From Octopus sinensis (Eukaryota): a DNA stretch of 64,000 nt. A model generated the notes under the pieces. The model made no database searches. It was not told where the DNA came from and worked only from the letters and a program-made list of their open reading frames with translations. The stretch spans positions 125,612,001 through 125,676,000 of the forward strand of contig NC_043001.1 of the NCBI RefSeq assembly GCF_006345805.1, written 5' to 3'. Shown piece after piece: positions 22,690-34,069 of the stretch (position 1 is the stretch's first letter; each line of letters starts with the position of its first letter). The translations under genes were made by a program, and so were the position numbers.

Positions 22690-23010
22690 TCCATCTTTAC
22701 ATTCTGGGTTCAAATGACACCATGGTTGATTGAATAAATACTAGTTGAGTACAGGGGTCAATGTAATCAAACTCCCTCGAAATTTCAGGCCTTGTGCCTA
22801 TAGTAGAAAGGATTCTTCTTCTTATGGTTATTATTATTATTAGTATTATTATTGTTATTGAGGATGGTGACTTGGCAGATTCATTGGAATGACACACAGT
22901 GCCTTGCAATATTTGGTTACGGCTCTACACATTGTGAATTTAAATTCTTCGGAGGTCTACTTTACCTTCAGTCTTTCCAAGGTCAATAAAATAAAGCACT
23001 GCTCAAGTAC
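22690..23010 (+). mobile_element. Two degenerate family C SINE fragments
   Basis: GGGTTCAAAT..GGGGTCAATGTAATC..GGCCTTGTGCC and GGTGACTTGGCAGATTCATT..CAATAAAATAAAGCAC. Confidence 0.65.
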
Positions 23011-23311
23011 TAAGATCATTATAACCCACTATTCCTTCCTGTTCCACATCCTGCTTGGTCATCTTTCTGTCACTCAACCCTTGGATATCTCCAAACAAGA
23101 CTATATAGTCTCCTGCCCTTCAAACATGCACAATACAATGATAAGGTATGTTTCCATGGAAGATTGCAAATGTATGGCACTACTTGTATGACGCTGTTAT
23201 TTTTTTGCAAGGTGATGCAAATATGCACGTGTACACTCACTAGCACATACTTATATAGAATGGGCCAAAATTCAAGCACCAAAATAGCCAATGTTTTATT
23301 TATATTAACAT

Positions 23312-23770
23312 TGGTGAGCTGAGAGAGTCGTTAGCACACCAGATAAAAAAGGGTAAGCGGCATTTTGTCCATAATCTCTATCTGCGACAATTTCATCTCA
23401 ATCGAAGGAGAGGGGCTTTCTCCGTCCAGGTTGCGGATCTGTGGAATAAGCTGCCGGACGAGATAGTGAAGAGGCCGACGACTGCTCGGTTCAAAGTCTC
23501 TCTTGACCAGAAATGGCCTGAACTCTTTGCATGAACACCCTCCCTGTACATAACTCCATGTCCCCCTACATGGCCTTGCATTTTGCTTTTTGAGCCAAAA
23601 AATTAACTTATCTTAACATAATTATGTTCTGAGTTCAAATTCTGCTGAGGTCCATTTTGCTTTCCATCCTTTCAGGGTCAATAAAATGAGCAGCATTTGA
23701 GAACTCAGGTCGATGATGTAATTGACTTGCCCCTTCCCCCAAAACTGCTAGCCTTGTGCCTAAATTATTA
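23312..23770 (+). mobile_element. SINE family C split by a LINE fragment
   Basis: Head ends GGCATTTTGTCCATAAT and resumes CATAATTATGTTCTGAGTTCAAAT. Confidence 0.8.
23376..23616 (+). mobile_element. CR1-type LINE 3' fragment (second family)
   Basis: LYLRQFHLNRRRGAFSVQVADLWNKLPDEIVKRPTTARFKVSLDQKWPELFA* (stop 23532-23534), CR1-like WNxLP motif; 6-bp TSD CATAAT 23370-23375 and 23617-23622. Confidence 0.85.
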
Positions 23771-23777
23771 TTATTAG

Positions 23778-23995
23778 TGAGGGCACATGGCTTAGTGGTT
23801 ATGGTGTTGTACTTACAATCATGAGCTCAGAATTTCATTTCCCAGACAAGACGGTGTAGCACACCTGTTCAGGCAACAACGATTTGATGGAGGGTGTGAG
23901 CTAGCATGCAGCACGAACATTTGATCACTATAAGCAAATCCTTTGTGCAGCTTGTTCAAGGAAAAGCTTAACGCTCATAAGTCATCTTCAATGGA
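23778..23995 (+). mobile_element. SINE family E variant
   Basis: GGCACATGGCTTAGTGGTT head; tail shared with 18299-18565. Confidence 0.7.
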
Positions 23996-24000
23996 AGAGC

Positions 24001-24001
24001 C

Positions 24002-24065
<64 letters not shown>

Positions 24066-24359
24066 TTTATCATCATCATCATTATTATTATTATTATTAT
24101 TATTATATTATTATTATTATATTATCATTATTATTATTAGTATTACTAAGGCAGGGAGCTGGCAGAATCATTAGCATGCCGAGTGAAATGCTTACCGGTA
24201 TTTCATATGTCTTTATGTTCTAGGTTTAAATTCCACCAAGGTCGACTTTCCCTTTTATTCTTTTGAGGTCAATAAATTAAGTACCAGTTGCATATTGGGT
24301 CAATGTAATCGACTATACCCCTCTCTCAAATTTCAGGCCTTGTGCCTATCATAGAATGG

Positions 24360-24415
<56 letters not shown>

Positions 24416-24447
24416 CATTATTATTATTATTGTTGTTGTTGTTATTA

Positions 24448-24521
<74 letters not shown>

Positions 24522-24522
24522 T
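24001..24522. repeat. Long (ATT)n microsatellites flanking a SINE
   Basis: 24001-24146 and 24360-24522. Confidence 0.95.
24148..24365 (+). mobile_element. SINE family C, old tail, between long (ATT)n tracts
   Basis: AAGGCAGGGAGCTGGCAGAATCATTAGC head; TTTCAGGCCTTGTGCCTAT tail. Confidence 0.85.
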
Positions 24523-24627
24523 ATTTTGTTCATCATGAATTAGTACAGGTGTATTCAATTATATATATATATATGCAAAATATGTTAAGAGTTTTAATCT
24601 TGGTGCATGACTTTTGGACAACCCCAT

Positions 24628-24820
24628 AGGCTCCGGCAGGGGGTAGTGGTGATCCCTGCTGTACTCTTTCGCCACAACTTTCTCTCACTCTTTCTTCTGT
24701 TGGCCTGCTCGCTTAGCCAGCGGGGTGGCGTCATTTGAAGGCTAAAACAATGTGAAGCGCATTGTGACCAGCGATGTGTAACAACATCTGATAGTCTGGT
24801 CGGTCACGGTGATCACAGTG

Positions 24821-24821
<1 letters not shown>
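24628..24821 (+). mobile_element. SINE family B tail type 2, 5'-truncated
   Basis: GGCTCCGGCAGGGGG..CTGTTGGCCTGCTCGCTTAGCCAGC..GGTCGGTCACG. Confidence 0.85.
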
Positions 24822-24851
<30 letters not shown>

Positions 24852-24864
24852 ATATATATAATAT

Positions 24865-24907
<43 letters not shown>

Positions 24908-24909
<2 letters not shown>

Positions 24910-25070
24910 GATAAGCTTCTTTCAGTTTCTGTCTAGAAAATCCACTCACAAGGCTTTGGTCAGCCTGGAGCTATAGTAGAAGGTACACCTGCCCAACATG
25001 CTGCATAGTGGGACTGAACCTCAAGCCACATAGTTGCAAAGCAAACATCTTAGCCACACGGCTACGCCTG
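24908..25070 (-). mobile_element. SINE family A, 5' half
   Basis: Reverse complement of head up to the internal microsatellite. Confidence 0.8.
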
Positions 25071-25899
25071 TACCTATAGCTACGTTGCTAAATTCTCAAA
25101 ATCAAACAGTAAATATCCAGATATTCACATTTTAATTTTATGTTTTGTGAGTTATACAAGTTAAGGAAAAAAATACTGTTGTGTGTTCCTTGTATCTTAT
25201 TGGAAGGATTTAAAAATCAATTTGATATCTATATAATTTTTTCACATTCTCTGTAGTGTTTTATAATAATACCTGCATTTAAATATAGCCATCCTTCTCA
25301 CTCCCACCCTCTCTCAGCTAGTAGAGGTTAGGTGGCTGAGTGGATTTAATGTTAGACTACCTCTTCAAAGGACAAGAGATTGAATCTGCTTGCATGCCTT
25401 TTGATATCTATTAGCAAAGTACTCATCTTTCCATGATATTTCCATTTATACTTACAAAACTCTGTACAAATACTCAACATTCTTCAACTCCTGAAGGATG
25501 AAAAACAAATTTTTACCTTGGCAGGAATTGAACTTAGAGCATGATAGTTGCAAACAAGTGTCACCTTCACATCCAATCTGCACTGGAAACATAACCAGTC
25601 ATGAGGAAATATTAATTTGCTTGGAAAGAAGTGAGAGTTGGTAACAGGTAGGGCATCTGGCCATAGAAAATCTGTCTCAATAAATTCCATTTGCTCCATA
25701 CAAGCATGGAAGAACAGATATTAAAACAGCAATTTTCCTTTTTCTTTTAATGGCTTGATTAAAAGAAAAAGAACAACTCTCATGGCGTTTTTCAGTCTCC
25801 AGGACTGGTGAGAGGAAATTATCTCCAAACCAAAGAGCTGGCCTGAATTCTTGCATCAGACAAGGCTCTGCTAACGGCACCTATATTTTCATATGTTCT

Positions 25900-26262
25900 G
25901 TTTGACAGTGATTTGGCAGAAGGCAAGTGCACACAAGGTGGGCAGAAAAGCACTTCAAAGATGCACTCAAATCCTCACTGCTTTGAGATCAACCCCACAC
26001 CTGGGAAATACACGCATGAAACCACCCTGCCTGCCATAGCCGTACCAACAGAAGTGCCACTTCCTTTGAACAGAATAGGCTCACAGGAGCACAAAGAAAA
26101 TGTGAGCTGCACAAGTTCAGAGCTAACTCCTTGCCTTCATTTCCAGCAGACCAGCAGAACCTTCCAAGCATGCATCAGCCACCACCAGACACACCTTGAC
26201 CTATCTTCTCCTTTGTGATGTCCTGGTCATTGATGACAACAACGGGCAAACATTATTATTAT
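25900..26262 (+). mobile_element. Degenerate RTE (BovB-like) LINE 3' fragment
   Basis: Across frameshifts: GGQK..DALKSSL..CFEINP..TWE..SFEQNRLTGAQRKCELHKFRA..RTFQACISHHQTH, homologous to 15914-16173. Confidence 0.75.
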
Positions 26263-26789
26263 TAGGACATGGAAATATTGGTGCATCTATGAGTCAGGCT
26301 ATGGTTTTAAAGCAAGTAACAGATTGTGTTTTCACGTACATTTAGAGACAGTGACTTCCATTGCTTGTCTACTGTATCTTATAAATACACATCTTTTTTT
26401 ATTGCTACAGAAAGCATGAAACTAACTAGAACAGGGATGGGAGAAAAGTATATAGGTGATTGTAGACTTTGCCTAAATAACCTAAGTAAGAGCATAAACA
26501 TTTTGGACCTGATTTGGTCAGAGAGCTAAGAAAACTCAGAAACAATCTAATTTAGTTGGAGATCTGAGATAATTTTTGGACTTGCACATGAGTTTTTCTT
26601 GTTGTAAGAGTGCTAGGAACACCACTAAAAAATTGGAGTCGAAATCAGTATCGTAAACTGGTGGAAAACTACTATATTCAAAGCCCTAATCATTTGAGGA
26701 GACTTGTCACTTATTCTTAAGATAAGAATCCATTGACAGGATCTGTGTGAGGGTTTGTTTTCATAATAATAATTACTTTTATTTCTAAA

Positions 26790-26945
26790 ATAGGCACAAG
26801 GACAAAAACTTAGGGAGATGGGATTAGTTAAATTGACCCAAGTACTTGACTGGTATAATATTTTATTGACCCTGAAAATATGTAAGGCAAAGTTGGCCTC
26901 ACTAGAATTTAGAACTCAGGCATTTTACCAGATGTTCTATCAACT
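26790..26945 (-). mobile_element. SINE family C fragment
   Basis: GGCACAAGG..TTGACCC..GGCAAAGTTGGCCTC..GAACTCAG. Confidence 0.65.
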
Positions 26946-27114
26946 TTTCCAGTCACTCACCCTTTTCATGATAAAAAAAAATGATGATTAGGCCAATCAG
27001 TTAGCAGAATCACTCGAGCATCAAATAAAAGCTGTGTTAATTATTTCAGCTGTTTGTCTTTTGAATCCAAATTCCACAGAGAGTACCAGTCATGTATTGA
27101 GGATGGATTCTTGA

Positions 27115-27187
<73 letters not shown>

Positions 27188-27205
27188 TATATATATAATA
27201 TAAAT

Positions 27206-27584
27206 ATTAGGGAATAAATCCAAATTTACAGGGAAAAAATCAGATTTAGGATTAAATCCAATTTTATAGTAAAATATTATATAATATTAATCCGAGACAA
27301 AACCACTATTTTGCAAAACAAACAAGGAAAGACTTAATCAATACATAAAAATTTATAATATAAAGAAATAAACCGCCACTACAATCGTTTCATGTCTTCA
27401 ATGACATTCGTCAGGTGGATTTTTCGATCTCCTAATCTGTTTTAATTTATAAATTAAAACAGATTAGGAGATCGAAAATCCACCTGACGAATGTCATTGA
27501 AGGGTTTATTTCTTTATATTATAAATTTTTATGTATTGATTAAGTCTTTCCTTGTTTGTTTTGCAAAATAGTGGTTTTGTCTCG
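27206..27584. mobile_element. Fold-back element family P2 (zero-loop palindrome) in (TA)n
   Basis: Arms 27293-27449 and 27450-27584 identical apart from a 1-nt indel and a 21-nt deletion; unique flank 27206-27292 resembles 37325-37400. Confidence 0.8.
27376..27418 (-). ncRNA. Minimal type I hammerhead ribozyme, complete canonical core
   Basis: CCAC CUGACGA AUGUC AUUGAA GACAU GAAA C GAUU G UA GUGG: helix I 4 bp, helix II 5 bp, core CUGANGA/GAAA, GUA cleavage triplet. Confidence 0.75.
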
Positions 27585-27638
<54 letters not shown>

Positions 27639-27904
27639 TTTTCCTCACACACTTTCTCAAATTCAGCCTTGTGGCTCTAGAAGATTGTGGAGTATCACAT
27701 ACAGTACATCTTATCTCTAATAAAAGGCAGAGTATTCAGCAAGGGACTAGTGACCCCATCCTACCTGGCATGCTACAAAACTGTCCAAATAAACCTAAGA
27801 ACATGGCTGGCATAGGCAAACACCTTTGTATTGGACAGCATGAAACAAGTTAAATAATAATAATAATAATAATTACACTCATATTACTGCTATTACTTAT
27901 AACT

Positions 27905-28095
27905 GTTTCTTATACAAGCACAAAGCATGAAACTTTTAGGGAGGGATTAGTCGATTAAATTGACCCCAGTACTTGACTGGTACTTTTATGTTTATTGATT
28001 TGAAAAAGATGAAACACTTAGTTGACTTTGGTGGGATTTGAACTCAAAGTGTCAGAATAAATACCAGAAAGCATTTTGTTCAATGATCCTGCTAC
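27905..28095 (-). mobile_element. SINE family C
   Basis: Reverse complement of body and old tail. Confidence 0.7.
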
Positions 28096-28264
28096 TCTAC
28101 CACCCTGCTATAAAGTCTAATACTAATAGCTTCTAACATATGCAGAAGACCACTCATTCTGATGCATGAGATCAACCTTAAAATTATTTCAGAAATTTCA
28201 AAAGGCTGAAATGCTAAATGATGTCCGGCAGAATTTGAAATTAGAATGCATAAATATAGGTGCA

Positions 28265-28662
28265 GGAGTGGCTGTGTGGTAAGTAGCTTGCTTACCAACC
28301 ACATGGTTCCGGGTTCAGTCCCACTGCGTGGCACCTTGGGCAAGTGTCTTCTACTATAGCCCCGGGCCGACCAATGCCTTGTGAGTGGATTTGGTAGACG
28401 GAAACTGAAAGAAGCCTGTCTTATATATGTATATATATATGTATGTATGTGTGTGTGTTTGTCCCCCTAGCATTGCTTGACAACCGATGCTGGTGTGTTT
28501 ATGTCCCCGTCACTTAGCGGTTCGGCAAAAGAGACCGATAGAATAAGTACTGGGCTTACAAAGAATAAGTCCTGGGGTCGATTTGCTCGACTAAAGGCGG
28601 TGCTCCAGCATGGCCGCAGTCAAATGACTGAAACAAGTAAAAGAGTAAAAGAGAGTAAAGAG
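28265..28662 (+). mobile_element. SINE family A, near consensus
   Basis: Full head, internal microsatellite, tail (AAAGAGT)n. Confidence 0.9.
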
Positions 28663-29267
28663 ATACATCAAAATACTACAAGACATTTTTGTTTGATAGC
28701 TTCACCAATTCTGTCGATCCACCTCTAAACAAAAACAAAAAATCCAAACACTTGAAATTCCCATCACCCTCTCATAGGGAAGGAAAGTGAGCTTCTTTGT
28801 AAATGAAAGACATTTTCATTCAGTTATAATGTTTTAGAGGGTAGCAAAATGGCAGAATTATTAAAATGTTGGATAGAGTACCTCGCAGTATTTATTCCAA
28901 TTTCTGTATTCCGAGGTTAGATCTTGCTGATGTCATCTCTGCTGCCATCATCCATAGGGGTTGATAAAAAAAAAGTACCAATGTACTTCAGGACAATGTA
29001 GAGAGATAGGCAGTGTTTGTTCTGGTTCATTGCATCCTGTTATCAACACTTATAATGTCACTGACACCAAATTGTGTCTGCTCACATCAGCAGCCTTTCC
29101 GTTTGATAGACATCGATGTCTTGAAGAGTGGAGACTTTCATAGGTGAGCAACATGCCAGTCTTCTTTAAAACATCTTGCACACACAAAAACATGCATGGT
29201 CAACTTTGACCAACAGAGACCCGTTCATAAAGTTTTAGGGAGAAGACTTGTTGAAATCTACCCTTAA

Positions 29268-29486
29268 CCCTTTAGTGTTCAGATTATTCTATCAAACATA
29301 ATGCCTATTGATTCCCATTGATTTGAATTAATCATGCATTATCTCATATCTTCAAGATCTTGATGGTGTAATTACTTAATGTAGAATAACATTGTGGGGT
29401 AGGTGTGAGAGCCTGGATCTGGTCAGTTTGAACATAAAACGGATTTGCTATTTTGGCCGGATATGGCCAGTTTAAATACTAAAGGG
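29268..29486 (+). mobile_element. piggyBac-like MITE, family 1
   Basis: TTAA|CCCTTTAG ... CTAAAGGG|TTAG; homologous to 50890-51110. Confidence 0.8.
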
Positions 29487-30247
29487 TTAGGAGCAGTTTA
29501 ATAAATCTGTTGAGTAACAACAATGTAATAAAATATTTACTATATTTGATGGCATAAAATATGCATGGACATATTAGACAGACCCCAGTTTCAGCAATGT
29601 GCAAAGAGGAAAAAATGGGCATCTGAGACAAAGTTTATGTAAGACCCAGAGTGATTTTTGAGATTTTACAGGGACAAAAAAATGTGTGCCTTTTATATGT
29701 CATCAAATATAGTAGTTAAGATAGTATAATGCACTGAGCCACAAAACTTTAATTAATTAAAATACTAATGAAGTTAGGAGTAAAACAAAATCTTAAATAA
29801 TTAATTCTAGTGAAAAAAGTAAAGGACATTGCCAATATAGAAATTAATTACAAGTATGTAAAAATAGATTATTGTAACTATATAGCAGATAAACTGTCTC
29901 GTCTTTGTTATTTTAAAATACCAGATATGTTATAGAGCCAAGAGAATTTCATTTAGAATACGTACATGTGTCTTTCTATTTTAGGGCCACCTCATTATCA
30001 TCATCATAATAATGCAAAAACTGCTCGACATTACTTAAATTCACTGATCAGATGAGAACCTGTGTGTTCAATGTGATATAGCCTTAAACAGTGTGTGTGT
30101 GTGTGTAGGTATAGTTATTTATACATATATGCACTAAAATGGAAAGACATGAACATGTTTTAAAAGTAATTCTCTTGATATATATTTACATATATATGTG
30201 TGTGTGTGTGTGTGTGAATGTGTGTATATATGTATGTGTGTGTGTAC

Positions 30248-30348
30248 TCTGCCAGATCAAGATTGGAGCCTAGTGCAGCCATCTGGTTCGTCAGTCCTCA
30301 GTCAAATCGTCCAACCCGTGCTAGCATGGAAAGCAGACGTTAAATGAT
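30248..30348 (+). mobile_element. Family D 3' fragment
   Basis: GATTGGAGCCTAGTGCAGCC..GCATGGAAAGCAGACGTTAAATGAT. Confidence 0.75.
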
Positions 30349-30507
30349 ATGTATATATAAATATATATATGTATACATATATATGTATGCATGTATATAT
30401 TCATATATATGTATATATGTGCGTGTGTGTATATATATATATTTATATATATGTGTATATATGTGTGTGTATACATATATATGCATATATATATGTATGT
30501 ATATATA

Positions 30508-30571
<64 letters not shown>

Positions 30572-30690
30572 GTGTGTATATATATAATATATATATATAT
30601 ACACACACATGCACACACACACATGCACACACACACATGCACACACATGCACACACACACATGCATGCACACACACACACACATAAATAG
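30345..30690. repeat. Compound (TA)n/(TG)n/(CA)n microsatellite
   Basis: Direct inspection; representative of more than 20 such tracts. Confidence 0.95.
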
Positions 30691-31065
30691 CTTGTGAAAA
30701 ACGTTCAACTTGGCCTATTCACTTGTTTTTCTTACAGAACAGCTTTGTATTTACTCTACCATCCTTATGCACTTTGGCTGTTTTGGGGCAAGAGAGATAT
30801 GTAGCTTAATACAGTATTGTCCAGATGAAATTTATAGACATTATTGCCAGGAATTTAGTATAAGTAGATCCAAGGAAACAGCCTTCAGCAATAATAGAAA
30901 TAATGATAATTATTACTAATTCTGATGCAAAGCCTTCCTGATATTTTGGGGGGAAGAAGCATTATATCAAACCAGCACTACACTAGAATTTTCTGTGCCA
31001 GCACGGCCACATATTTATGTATAAGAAAACATTAATATAGACAGACAGACAGACAGACAGACATT

Positions 31066-31134
<69 letters not shown>

Positions 31135-31135
<1 letters not shown>

Positions 31136-31365
31136 TGTTTCTTTATTAGCCACACAGGGCTGAACACAGCAGGGACAAATTACAAATTAGAGCTTTTTCT
31201 TTTCGGGGAGAAAAAAAAAGAAAAGAAAAAAAAAGGGGGTGGGTTTTCGATCAAAAGGGATCATAAAAAAAGAAAGAAAAAAAACGATCAATAGGGATCC
31301 TGTATCACAGAAATGTCATGTTGTAAAGTGTAAAGGGGGAAACAGATAAGGTTTATCCGTGGAAA
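31135..31365 (-). mobile_element. Probable non-LTR retrotransposon 3' UTR inserted in (GATA)n
   Basis: Unique T-rich (minus) segment between two (GATA)n tracts, ending GGCTAATAAAGAAAC then (ATCT)n; an L1/Tx1-like identity is inferred only. Confidence 0.55.
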
Positions 31366-31379
31366 TAGATAGATGGATG

Positions 31380-31477
<98 letters not shown>

Positions 31478-32434
31478 CAAACAGACATAGTGTGTGTGAG
31501 TATTATACTATGAATAACGAGCATTATAATGAAGTAAACTTGTTTATAAACATTGTTTATAAAATATATGGCATGTTTAAATGACTATACAGGATATTTA
31601 CAAATAATGTAGAAAACATTGAATAGATATGAATATAAGCCAAACATACATATATATATATATATATATATCCATGCCAGCATGGAATGGAAATTTGGAT
31701 GTAACTCTGAATGAAGGAGAACATGGTTATAATTGTGTGTTTACACATATAGGTTTATGTATGTTCACATACACAGATTCACATATGCTCAGAGACACAT
31801 ACACAGAAGAATGCATGCACATACACACATACATGCAAGCATACTTACACAAGCAGAAAAAGGGAAGGGTGAATATGTGATATATGCATATTTATTACAC
31901 TAATAAAATATATCAATGTTATTTCTATAACTTACTGTGTGATATTTTTAGCTGCAGTCATGATTGACTTCAGAAGCAATGGTTGAGCAGAGCTCTGAAA
32001 GGAAGTAAAGTGGCTTGGTTTGCTTCATCTGTTTTATTGTTGTTATTGCTGTTGCAATTCACTCCCTCTTCTCCTACACACACACACACAGACACACATG
32101 CATATGCCTACTCTATTTTTGTCCATTATCTCATTATATATTGCAACCAAGTGTGTCAACTACCTTCCTTTCTTTTTCCCCTTTTTATCTCCAAGCTGAG
32201 AAATCTTAAGATTAGAAACACTTAAACCTATAAGGTTCCTATGAAAATAGCAACCCAATAATTTATAGGTGAACAGTTATGCATTTATACATGCATGTGG
32301 ATGCTAGTAGTTAAGAAGTTTGATTTCCAATCATGAGATCACTGGTTCAGTCCCATTCTATGACATATTCAGCAAGTGTCTTTTATCATAGTCTCAACTC
32401 ATCCCACGCCTTGTGAGTGAAATTCACAACTATC

Positions 32435-32657
32435 ATAATATATAATGAAATTATTGTATACAGTGCTCAGGTGCACCACAACTTGTCAGAAAGTGCATAT
32501 AAAGTACATGCAGTAATGTAGAAATGTCTGGAAAGCGAACAATGTATGAGTCAGATACATGCTTGTGTGTGTATGGAGGGGAGAAAATCAAGTGTAGTGT
32601 TGGCGAATCTCAGGAAGCATGGAAGTTTTGAAGGATGCAGTGCTCCGACAACTAACA
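32435..32657 (-). mobile_element. CR1-clade LINE 3' fragment
   Basis: Matches 34148-34372. Confidence 0.85.
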
Positions 32658-32692
32658 TAAACCATCCATAGTTTATCATCATTATTGTCATC

Positions 32693-32935
32693 ATCATCTT
32701 CATTGTTTAACATCAATTTTTTATGCTGGCATAGGTTTGAAAGTTTAACAGGAGCCAACAAGCCAGAGGACTGCACCATACTCCAATGTCTTGCTTTGGC
32801 ATATTTTCTATGGTTGGATGCCCTTCTTTATATCAAACTCATCACAGAATGTACTGGGCGCTCTTTATGTGGCACCAATATTAGTGAGGTCACCAAGTAA
32901 CTTGCAAAACAGGACCCCTCAACTGAGGGGATGTA
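32693..32935 (-). mobile_element. Family D retroposon
   Basis: (CAT)n, CATGCTGGCATAGGTTTG, GGATGCCCTTC motif. Confidence 0.7.
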
Positions 32936-32944
32936 AGGAGCCTG

Positions 32945-33150
32945 TATGATGGACTGAACCTTAACTCAAAGAGCCAGATTTGTCACTCACTTTATCACAC
33001 TGAATCTACTTTAGGATTACATTAAAGGCACCTAAGTCTGAGAAATAAAGTGACTTGCTCAAGAATACAACACATAGTCTGGTCCGGGAATTGAACTCAC
33101 TACTTCGTGATTTTGAGTCCAATGCTCTAACCACTGAGCCATGCACCTTC
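32945..33150 (-). mobile_element. SINE family E
   Basis: Reverse complement head GAAGGTGCATGGCTCAGTGGTTAGAGCATTGGACTC..GAGTTCAATTCCCGG. Confidence 0.7.
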
Positions 33151-33424
33151 ATAAGCCAGATACATTAGAAGAGGAATATTCCGGGGAGACATGCTCTCCC
33201 CCACTCCTTTTCTGCTTGGCACTAACACATTAAAGACGCATATATCTGCACTATAATTCAAGGAGTTGGCAGATCAGTTGATTGAACAACTGGAATACTC
33301 ATTACCATAATTAATGGGAAATCCATTATTACTGTATGTAAATAGATGTAAGTATGCTCAAAGCTATGGATGGTTTATCACTGATGGTTAAACCTTTAAA
33401 AGTTGTAACTTATATTTAATTGCT

Positions 33425-33590
33425 TTAACCATTTTGTTTCCATATTTTTGATGAAATGTGCTGCCTTTGTTTCAATTAATTTTGAAAATAACAAAGAATA
33501 TAGCAAAATAAGTTTGTCATTATCAAGTTGATGTGTGAAATATAAATTAAACTAAAATTTTGATAGAAATTTTTTTTATTAGATCATCAA
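33425..33590 (+). mobile_element. piggyBac-like MITE family 2, partial
   Basis: TTAACCATTTTGTTTCCATATTT..TGTTTCAATTAATTT resembles reverse complement of 40440-40523. Confidence 0.55.
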
Positions 33591-33604
33591 TTTAACCCTT
33601 TTGT

Positions 33605-33700
33605 ATTATCACATAAACTCCTAACATTTGGCCTCCTAATTCCCCAGATCTCAATCCATTGGACTATTACATGTAGAGTGTTGTTGAGAACTGTGAAGTC
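33605..33700 (+). mobile_element. Tc1/mariner transposase relic
   Basis: 33629 onward translates WPPNSPDLNPLDYYM*SVVE, the conserved SPDLNP motif region. Confidence 0.8.
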
Positions 33701-33712
33701 CTATCTGGCTCA

Positions 33713-34069
33713 TGAAGGTACATGGCTTAGTAGTTAGAGCACTGGACTCAAAATTACGAGGTAGTGAGTTCGGTTCCCAGACCAGGCTATGTGTTGTGTT
33801 CTTGAGCAAGTCACTTTATTTCATGTTACTCCAGTTCACTCAGCTATAGAAATGAGTTGTGATGTCATTGGTGCCAAGCTGTGTCATCTTTTGCCTTTCC
33901 CTTGGATAACATCGGTGGCATGGAGAGAGGAGGCTTGTATGCATGGACAACTGCTGGTCTCCCATAAACAACCTTGCCCAGATTTGTACCTCAGAGGGTA
34001 ACTTTCTAGGTGCAATCCCATGGTCATTCATGACCAAAGTGGGTCTTTACTCCTATTTTTTACTCCTTT
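33713..34069 (+). mobile_element. SINE family E, long variant
   Basis: tRNA head GAAGGTACATGGCTTAGTAGTTAGAGCAC; possible TSD TATCTG(G/A)CTCA at 33702-33712 and 34070-34080. Confidence 0.7.
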
